Assembly (NCBI GenBank): GCA_016181765.1
Contig: JACOYR010000001.1
Location: forward strand, 16,847-80,846
Length of the DNA stretch: 64,000 nt
Origin: Parcubacteria group bacterium
Lineage (GTDB): Bacteria; Patescibacteriota; Patescibacteriia; UBA2169
Direction: 5' to 3'
Below, piece by piece: positions 48,877 to 55,871 of the stretch. The position numbers and the translations under genes are program-made. How positions within the stretch are numbered: position 1 is the stretch's first letter; each line of letters opens with the position of its first letter. Below the pieces are notes generated by a model. The model did not search any database. It saw only the letters and a list, made by a program, of their open reading frames with translations, and had not been told where the DNA came from.

Positions 48877-49338
48877 CTAGGAAACCGGCTCGTACCGGGC
48901 ATGGCTGGCAGCGCCCACCCGCTTGAGCCGCCCGGCGCGGACCAGCTCCGAGAGGTAGCGGGTGGCCGTGGCATCCGAGACGCGGAGCAATTTTTGCACG
49001 CCATCATTGGTGATGCTCCCCTCTGCGCGGGCGCGGGCCGCGATTTTCTCCAGCTTTGCCCGCTTGCGGAACTGGATTCTCTCCCGTGCCCGCGACAACA
49101 GCCCCCGCACTCCGCTTTCCGTGCCTGCCAGAGAGGCGGCAGGAGCTGGGGATGATGAAGTAACTGGGACCAAAGGCGGGGTTGATGGTTCAGGCGCGGC
49201 TAGCTCGGGTAGGGGTGATGGTGTGGGTACGTCCGCCGGAGAAACGGATTCGGACTGAACCACGGGTTCCACCGGCGGCACGGACGCGGCTGGCTCAACC
49301 GAGGGTTCAGGTGTAATTGCGGGAGTTTCTTGTTGCAT
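48877..49338 (-). CDS. Pro-rich protein with C-terminal winged HTH (possibly 5'-truncated)
   Basis: ITNDGVQKLLRVSDATATRYLSELVRAGRL wHTH. Confidence 0.7.
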   Translation of the reverse strand: MQQETPAITPEPSVEPAASVPPVEPVVQSESVSPADVPTPSPLPELAAPEPSTPPLVPVTSSSPAPAASLAGTESGVRGLLSRARERIQFRKRAKLEKIAARARAEGSITNDGVQKLLRVSDATATRYLSELVRAGRLKRVGAASHARYEPVS

Positions 49339-49426
49339 TGATTGGATGATAGGGCAAAAAGGTACCTTTAGGCTTTCCTTATGATGTCAGTATAGCATAT
49401 CAACATTTGTACCGAGATTACTCTCT

Positions 49427-49567
49427 TAGGACTTACGCGTTTGACAGAAATAGTCGTCATTCTGGAGGCTTTGTACTCAAAGCCGATAGAATCTCCGTGA
49501 AAAACGCATAGATTCTATCGCTCAAGAGTACTTTCGCTCCAGAATGACGTCAAACGCGTAAGTCCTA
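49427..49567. mobile_element. MITE-like element with 19-bp TIRs and 5-bp flanking direct repeat
   Basis: TAGGACTTACGCGTTTGAC / GTCAAACGCGTAAGTCCTA; TCTCT on both flanks; inner GTCATTCTGGAG/CTCCAGAATGAC palindrome. Confidence 0.8.
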
Positions 49568-49570
49568 TCT

Positions 49571-50221
49571 CTAACAAATTTGCACATTCCCATCGCCTAG
49601 GCACACTTGGTGCTTCAGATCCCATAATAAGTATCTAATGTAGTGAGTTTCTTCAGGCGATGATTCGCTACTCAAAAGCTTGTGTATATTTCGTGCAAAA
49701 AACTTCTTTGAATTTCTACTGGCTTGAGCGCTTGAATTTCCCTTGAGTAAGGAGATAGCCACTTGGTTTGAGGGCTCAAGGAAAAGTTCGGCCACTGTAT
49801 CTTGATGGGGGCGTGAAATCTGATGCTCATCGTACCAAAAAATAAAATCCGCATCGTACCCTATATACGAAAAAGTGCCGGACTTTACGCTTTTAGGTCC
49901 TAACTCAACTGCTGATTGACACGATAAAGCGTATACAACCCTAGATTCAAAAATATCCTCATTAACACCCGCCCGAACTAGAATCTTATCATCTTGTCCG
50001 GTGACATGACCTGGACCACCATGACCATTTATAAAAACAAATGAGGGCTTGAGCTTCTTGACTCTGCTTTCAAATTCTTTTTTATTTGCTTTCTCGCCAT
50101 GGAGATCAAATAGCCTAAATCCTTTTGCATTGATAATTTTTATTACCTTGCCAGCCCATGCAGATAAATACCGAGTTGGAATATCATGATTAGGCCTCGT
50201 CACTAAGCACGCTATACTCAT
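49571..50221 (-). CDS. Caspase/gingipain-fold (clan CD-like) cysteine protease
   Basis: FVFINGHG (His67) and VYALSC (Cys101) dyad motifs, SYIGY downstream strand. Confidence 0.75.
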   Translation of the reverse strand: MSIACLVTRPNHDIPTRYLSAWAGKVIKIINAKGFRLFDLHGEKANKKEFESRVKKLKPSFVFINGHGGPGHVTGQDDKILVRAGVNEDIFESRVVYALSCQSAVELGPKSVKSGTFSYIGYDADFIFWYDEHQISRPHQDTVAELFLEPSNQVAISLLKGNSSAQASRNSKKFFARNIHKLLSSESSPEETHYIRYLLWDLKHQVCLGDGNVQIC

Positions 50222-50474
50222 ACAGTTCGCCAGTTTTTAATGACTGCAAAAAATTCATATCAATTTCAATCATTTTTTTGCCTATCTCGTCTCCATCGCT
50301 CACATGCTGGATTAAATCATCTCTGCTAAAAGACCCCTCGCCGCCAATCGACATACTAAAACCAACAGGCATCGCACCGAGACGCGCCTTAACCAATTCT
50401 CGAACATCCTCATCACGCTCTTCCTGTTCCGTCTGTCCGCTCTGTTGTGCATTTTGTGTTTGTGTCGTACTCAT
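50190..50474 (-). CDS. Small hypothetical protein in protease operon
   Basis: 94 aa, overlaps both neighbours. Confidence 0.75.
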   Translation of the reverse strand: MSTTQTQNAQQSGQTEQEERDEDVRELVKARLGAMPVGFSMSIGGEGSFSRDDLIQHVSDGDEIGKKMIEIDMNFLQSLKTGELYEYSVLSDEA

Positions 50475-50665
50475 ATAATTTGAAGTTCGACGAGTTTGTT
50501 AAAAATTTTTTTACCAAGCTCGGTATCATTACTGATCTCAACATAAGCAACATTCCATGTTATGGGAATGCGCCTGTCATTCTCTCGCTCAACCGTCAAG
50601 ACAATATCATCCCGAATATTAATGGGAAGGTTTGCGTAAACTTTCAAAAATCTTGCCTTGTCCAT
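50471..50665 (-). CDS. Small hypothetical protein, first gene of protease operon
   Basis: 64 aa, 4-nt overlap with next gene; TGgTATAAT promoter upstream. Confidence 0.75.
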   Translation of the reverse strand: MDKARFLKVYANLPINIRDDIVLTVERENDRRIPITWNVAYVEISNDTELGKKIFNKLVELQII

Positions 50666-51004
50666 AGATCTCTAATTTCTTTTATTATACCACATTCTCA
50701 ACATTCACGCCAACACCGTACCACTCCAATCTTGGAAGGTCAAATCATTTATGTATCCCTTCCTCTTTCATCATACCACCTAAATACTTTCTATCCTATA
50801 CACGCCACTCGGCGAGGCAAGCACCAAGGCCAGCGTGCCCGCCGATGAGGTGGATGCCGAGTTTACCCGCCGGAGAGAGGCGGGCTTACCTTGATCCTCG
50901 CGAGAGGCGAGGCTGATTTGACAACTATTGACTTTTTTATTAAAATATGCTATCATTATATTCACAAAAACCAACCATAATGCACCTACACAAGGAGAAA
51001 GACA

Positions 51005-51709
51005 GTGAGCACCAAATCGCTCCAGAAGTTGTACGACGAGGGATTCTTCAAGCCCGGACACTCGGAAGCAGTAGATGAGTGCATCACAAACATCGTCTTG
51101 CTCAACACCGACCAAGTGTTCCGCACGGGAGTGCCGCGCAGGATCCCCCGCCCAGCACTCCCCGCAGAAGAATTCACGTTTCACTGGTCTCGCTTCGTGG
51201 GCGCGGTTACGGCCAACTTCCCGAACATTGAGCCGTACAACCTGACGGCCATCACCACGCTCATGGTCGCGGAGAAGCGCCACCAGGAAGAACTGTTTCT
51301 CTGCCAGCTCATCGAGGCGCTCTGCCCCAGCTGCGAGTCGATGTGCTTCCTCGGACACGCCTACTGGCACCTCGAGGATCGCTACCTCGCGCTGCAGTGC
51401 TACCAGGAAGCGCACCGCCGCAGTGAGCGCTTCTGCAAGGAGCGCAAACTCGGGCCCGACAACCCCAACTGGCTGGACGCGGGGGATTACCTCCGCTACG
51501 CCGCCGAGTGCCAGCTCGCGCTGGACATGCCCGGCGACGCCCTCACGTCGCTCGTGCGCTGCGTACAGATCTTCAAAGCAGCAGGCAAGTACGGCACCTT
51601 CAAGCGCGAGGATCTGACCAGGATCCACCGGTCCGTGATGGAAGCCGCCGGATGGAATGCCGTCGGCGATCTGTGGGAAGTTCCCACAGAAGCACCTACT
51701 GGCGCGTAG
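51005..51709 (+). CDS. Orphan protein with TPR-like helices (cassette)
   Basis: SD AAGGAG, GTG start; LGHAYWHL...ALQCYQEA; TTGACT...TATCAT promoter; terminator at ~51735-51768. Confidence 0.7.
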   Translation: MSTKSLQKLYDEGFFKPGHSEAVDECITNIVLLNTDQVFRTGVPRRIPRPALPAEEFTFHWSRFVGAVTANFPNIEPYNLTAITTLMVAEKRHQEELFLCQLIEALCPSCESMCFLGHAYWHLEDRYLALQCYQEAHRRSERFCKERKLGPDNPNWLDAGDYLRYAAECQLALDMPGDALTSLVRCVQIFKAAGKYGTFKREDLTRIHRSVMEAAGWNAVGDLWEVPTEAPTGA

Positions 51710-51860
51710 AATCACTCAGCGCGCCACCCCCGATCCCCCGCACGCTATCGCTAGGTGCGGGGGTTTTTATACAAAAACACCCCGCCGCCGGTCCGCCGCC
51801 TGCTCGCCGAGGAGGCGGGGAGAGGCGGGTTAATCTGGTCCATGATATAATAAAGTGCGT

Positions 51861-52313
51861 ATGCACATAGAAATAGACCAATCCGGAAAAATTGAGCACA
51901 CCAGCAAAACCACGGTTATCGCCTACGCAAACGGCAGTTCAAGAAGCTTGCAGATAAGCGCGAGCGAAAAACAAAAACTCATACGAACGATGAAAACAAA
52001 CAGGCATCCCAAGACCACATACGTGTACACCATATTTGCAACGCTCATATTTATGCTTCTGCGCGACATGCGCGCAAGCGATTCCACAAGCGTCACCATC
52101 GACAGGGAATACCCGGGCAAAGAACCAACTATCAAAAACTTCCTGCTGCAGCTCTACCGGAAAGCCCATAAAAAATCTCCGGCCATACGGTTTGACACTA
52201 TCGGGAAGAAGAGTATGGCGCACAAAGCCGCGCTTGCGGTGTTCCAAAATAAAAAGCGCCCTGACATCATAGTCACGGCCCAAGACGCCTTACAGACGCT
52301 GTACGAGAGATAA
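51861..52313 (+). CDS. Short DUF3800-like RNase H-fold protein
   Basis: IEIDQSG, VTIDREY and SMAHKAAL motifs in RNase H-like order. Confidence 0.6.
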   Translation: MHIEIDQSGKIEHTSKTTVIAYANGSSRSLQISASEKQKLIRTMKTNRHPKTTYVYTIFATLIFMLLRDMRASDSTSVTIDREYPGKEPTIKNFLLQLYRKAHKKSPAIRFDTIGKKSMAHKAALAVFQNKKRPDIIVTAQDALQTLYER

Positions 52314-52400
52314 AAAGGTTGGAGATCCCGGTCCAGCCGGGATAATCCTTAGCTAAGAACGCCGATTATGAACGTTGGTCACTAAGGCATCCAACCGTTG
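52311..52400 (-). ncRNA. Candidate small RNA convergent with DUF3800-like gene
   Basis: Minus-strand TTGACT(52433)-16 nt-TATACT(52411); terminal stem GGTTGGA/TCCAACC then T-run; inner ATCCCGG/CCGGGAT and CCTTAG/CTAAGG helices. Confidence 0.65.
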
Positions 52401-52565
52401 GTGGCAGTATACCACGCCTCCCGGAAAAGTCAAGCCCACGAATTGAGATGTCATTTCAGTAGTGGTGCGTTAAAAATTCAATAGAGACAAAGCATAAACC
52501 ACGCTCATCATCTCATCCTACGCTCTTGAGTACAAGAGCTTCGGACGACAGGCGGCAGAAGACTC

Positions 52566-52907
52566 TCATCCTGAAATCTTTTCAATCGTAGAAGGCACAA
52601 TATATATATCCCAATCCGACATACCGATCACATCAACAATTTCATACCTGATTTTTACCGGCAATCCAACTTTCTTGAATTCATTCGGCAATTCATAAAT
52701 AGCCGACGTATCTGAAAAAGAAAGACGTTCTTTTTTTACCGGAATACCAAGAAAGGTGCGGCTGGTTTCAATCCCCCACCAACCACCATCTTGATCTATA
52801 TACTGAATCGTTCCAACGCGCGTCTTAGTCTGCATCGGGTCTATCACCCAAAATGCCCCATACATTATCAATCCAACTATTGCAATAACCAAAATCTTTT
52901 TTATCAT
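52566..52907 (-). CDS. Membrane-anchored hypothetical protein (small beta domain)
   Basis: N-terminal TM; GTIQYIDQDGGWWGI...LPNEFKKVGLPV. Confidence 0.65.
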   Translation of the reverse strand: MIKKILVIAIVGLIMYGAFWVIDPMQTKTRVGTIQYIDQDGGWWGIETSRTFLGIPVKKERLSFSDTSAIYELPNEFKKVGLPVKIRYEIVDVIGMSDWDIYIVPSTIEKISG

Positions 52908-54058
52908 AGATACTTCTTATTTTTCAACTCCTCCGGCAGAAAGCTCTCATCAGTATACTTCTCATACCCATTGCCATAACCCAGCTCCTTCATCAACCCT
53001 GTCGGCGCATTGCGGATATTGAGGGGAACCGGGAGGTTGCCGTGCTGTTTCACATCCGCTTGAGCGGCGCGCAGGGCATCATAGCTGGAGCGGTCCTTTT
53101 TGCATTGGCACAAATACGCCACTCCATGGGCGAGGTTAATGGCGCACTCCGGGTAGCCGATGGTTTCGCAGCTGCGGAACACGGCGTTGGCGACGACGAG
53201 AGCCGTGGGCGCGGCCAGGCCAATGTCCTCGCTCGCGAATATCACCATCCGGCGGGCAATAAAGAGCGGGTCCTCCCCCGCGTCCACCATGCGCGCCAAA
53301 TAGTAGATGGCGGCGTCCGGCTGGCTCGCGCGCATGCTTTTGATGAACGCGCTGATGACGTTGTAATGCTCCTCCCCTTTTTTGTCGTAACGCAAATGTT
53401 TTGATTGGAGCGCCTGTTTGAGGTTTGCGACGGTGATATCCTTGTACAGGGTTGCGGTTGCCTCCAGCATGGAGATGGCGGCGCGGGCGTCTCCGTTTGC
53501 CATGGCAATGAGCCAGTCCTTGGCATCCTGGTCCACAGAACCTCCCCTAGCCCCTCCTTGGTAAGGAGGGGAATTTAGGATGCGGTTGATGATGGAGAGC
53601 ATATCATCTTTTGTGAGCTCGTTGAGGACGAACACGCGGCAGCGTGAGAGGAGCGGGCTGATGACCTCAAAGCTCGGGTTTTCCGTGGTCGCGCCAATGA
53701 GCGTAAGCTCCCCGGTTTCAACGTAGGGCAGGAGAAAATCCTGTTGGGCCTTGTTGAAGCGGTGAATTTCGTCAAGAAACAATACTTTTGATTTTTCAGT
53801 TTCATGGCTGATGATGTGCTTGATGTCTGCTTTGCCCGCGGACACGGCAGACAGCTCAAACAGCTCCGCATCCAGGGCGCGGGCATAGATTTTGGCGAGC
53901 GTGGTTTTGCCTACACCCGGCGGGCCCCAGAGGATGAATGAAAAGAGGTGCTTTTCCTGGATGGCAACGCGCAAAGGCTTGTCCGGGCCCACAAGATGCT
54001 CTTGGCCCATGAATTCATCCAAAGACTTGGGGCGGATTTTTGAGGCAAGGGGTTCCAT
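52904..54058 (-). CDS. rarA: Replication-associated recombination protein A
   Basis: GPPGVGKTT, DEIHRFNKAQQD, GATTENPSF, ISAFIKSMR, ASEDIGLA. Confidence 0.96.
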   Translation of the reverse strand: MEPLASKIRPKSLDEFMGQEHLVGPDKPLRVAIQEKHLFSFILWGPPGVGKTTLAKIYARALDAELFELSAVSAGKADIKHIISHETEKSKVLFLDEIHRFNKAQQDFLLPYVETGELTLIGATTENPSFEVISPLLSRCRVFVLNELTKDDMLSIINRILNSPPYQGGARGGSVDQDAKDWLIAMANGDARAAISMLEATATLYKDITVANLKQALQSKHLRYDKKGEEHYNVISAFIKSMRASQPDAAIYYLARMVDAGEDPLFIARRMVIFASEDIGLAAPTALVVANAVFRSCETIGYPECAINLAHGVAYLCQCKKDRSSYDALRAAQADVKQHGNLPVPLNIRNAPTGLMKELGYGNGYEKYTDESFLPEELKNKKYL

Positions 54059-54198
54059 AGTAGAGCGTCACCCCGAGCGAAGTCGAGGGGTCTAGTCATT
54101 TTACTCCTATCATAAAATAAGGCAAAAAAAGCAGGCAGCACCCGTGGAGGCGCTGCCTAGAGATTCACTGCCCACAAAACCCCGAACTCCCTGGCTGC

Positions 54199-54627
54199 CT
54201 ATGTCAGCGCTCCGGCCGTGATGAGATGATTGGACAGGACCGTGGCAAGGTCAGTTAGGCGCACGCGCTGCATCATCGCCTCAAGCAGTGGGCCGGACGG
54301 ATGCGGCACAGGATGCTCGCTGTACGGGCAACAGGTGTTGCCCAGATAACGCAGGTACAAACGCACCACCTCGGGCCGGTCCCGGCCAATACCCGGGTGG
54401 CTGCGGTGCGTCTTGATGTGGTATGCAATCAGGTCCCGCTCGCGCAAGCCGTGCGCCTGCAGGAGGTAGTAGAGCGCGTCATAGACAGTCTGTTCGCACA
54501 TCGGATGAACTGTGCAACTCAACACGGAAAACGCGATCGCCCTGCCCGAGATCATGAGCAGGACTTGTCCGCGCTCCCTGCTTTCAGGAGCTTCTGCGGA
54601 CTGGTACGAAAATATGTAAAGGTACAC
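54199..54627 (-). CDS. Orphan Cys/His-rich hypothetical protein (cassette)
   Basis: SD AGGAGG, GTG start; terminator AGGCAGC...GCTGCCT plus T-run at ~54124-54158. Confidence 0.55.
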   Translation of the reverse strand: MYLYIFSYQSAEAPESRERGQVLLMISGRAIAFSVLSCTVHPMCEQTVYDALYYLLQAHGLRERDLIAYHIKTHRSHPGIGRDRPEVVRLYLRYLGNTCCPYSEHPVPHPSGPLLEAMMQRVRLTDLATVLSNHLITAGALT

Positions 54628-54683
54628 GTCGCCCTCCTATGGTGAAGGAACGTGGTAATGCGCTTTCTTTTATATTATTGATG

Positions 54684-54872
54684 CTACTTGGAGAGCCGCA
54701 AGCCGTTCAGCCCCACGTACCAGCCGACGATGACGGCAATCCAGCTGAAAAACAAGGGCACGTCCCAGTTGTTCAGGCCGAGCTCCCAAGCGTTTACGCT
54801 CCGCACAAAGTGCAGGGTTCCTCCCAAAAATAGGATGATGCCCGCGACCAAATTGAAATTCTTTTGTTTCAT
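54684..54872 (-). CDS. Small two-TM protein
   Basis: NLVAGIILFLGGTLHFVR...PLFFSWIAVIV. Confidence 0.65.
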   Translation of the reverse strand: MKQKNFNLVAGIILFLGGTLHFVRSVNAWELGLNNWDVPLFFSWIAVIVGWYVGLNGLRLSK

Positions 54873-54964
54873 TTCACGCATAGGTTTTATTTTTGATTTA
54901 TCAACACCCCCAAGTATAGCATATGCGCAAACTGAATAAAAGCCTGGTTGACAAAACCCGTTTG

Positions 54965-55771
54965 CTACTGGTTCAGCCCGAAAAACGGATTTACATTACC
55001 CCAGTACTGCGGGGCTTTGCCGTCCCACTTCTCTATCCACCGCAGCTGTATGACCCCCGGATTGGTGCGCAAAGCCTGGGCCTCTATCTGGATGGCCTGG
55101 GCCTTTGCCTCGGCCTGGGTGATCTGCTGCTGCTTTTCAATAACAATGCGCTCCAAGTCCCGCTCGGCCTTGAGCTTCAGCTGTTCTGCCGTCACCTTCT
55201 GCTCAATGGCTTCGTTGAACGCCTTGGAAAAATCAAAATCAATGATGTTGAACTCATCCACAATGATGGACCGCTCAAGCAGGCGCTCCGCGAGGTTTGA
55301 CTTGACCTCTTCTTTGACCTGCTCGCGCTTGGTGATAAGCTCTTCTGCCGTAAACTTGGCCGTGGTCGCCTTCACGGCTTCTTGGATTGCCGGGGCGATG
55401 ATGCGGATATTGTAGTCGTGCCCCACGTCCTGCCAGATGCGGTTCACGCTCTCGGGCGCGAGGTGGAAGTTGAGCGCGATTTTTGAGGTGACCACCTGCA
55501 GATCTTTTGATGCGGCTGATGCGGGCACCTCATCTTTTTGGATCTTGACGTCCACTTTCACCACGTGCTGGATGAACGGAATTTTGAAATACAGCCCTTC
55601 CCCGAATACTCTGTCCTGCACAGCCCCGAACTGCAATAAGACGCCGCGCTCCCCTGCGCCCACGGTTCCGAAGCTTGAGAAAAGCAGGATGATGATGATC
55701 ACGGCGTACAGGCCGCGCCTGCCGAATTTCCTCCCCTGGAAGCTCCGAAAGGTCTCTTGAACCTGGTCCAT
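54965..55771 (-). CDS. Prohibitin/SPFH-domain protein
   Basis: GERGVLLQFG, SKDLQ, AKFTAEELITKR, FNEAIEQK, IEKWDGK. Confidence 0.93.
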   Translation of the reverse strand: MDQVQETFRSFQGRKFGRRGLYAVIIIILLFSSFGTVGAGERGVLLQFGAVQDRVFGEGLYFKIPFIQHVVKVDVKIQKDEVPASAASKDLQVVTSKIALNFHLAPESVNRIWQDVGHDYNIRIIAPAIQEAVKATTAKFTAEELITKREQVKEEVKSNLAERLLERSIIVDEFNIIDFDFSKAFNEAIEQKVTAEQLKLKAERDLERIVIEKQQQITQAEAKAQAIQIEAQALRTNPGVIQLRWIEKWDGKAPQYWGNVNPFFGLNQ

Positions 55772-55871
55772 ATGATTTATGTTACTATTCTGTCTTGAAC
55801 CTACTCCTTATAGGACAAAAAAACAAGGAGCTGGCCCGACGGACCAGCTCCTTGGCGGCGTTCACTAAACA

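Noticed and set aside
12060-54660. Integron cassette array as explanation for orphan cassettes
   Set aside because: No tyrosine integrase or attC-like sites; the cassettes are dispersed, on both strands, with their own promoters.
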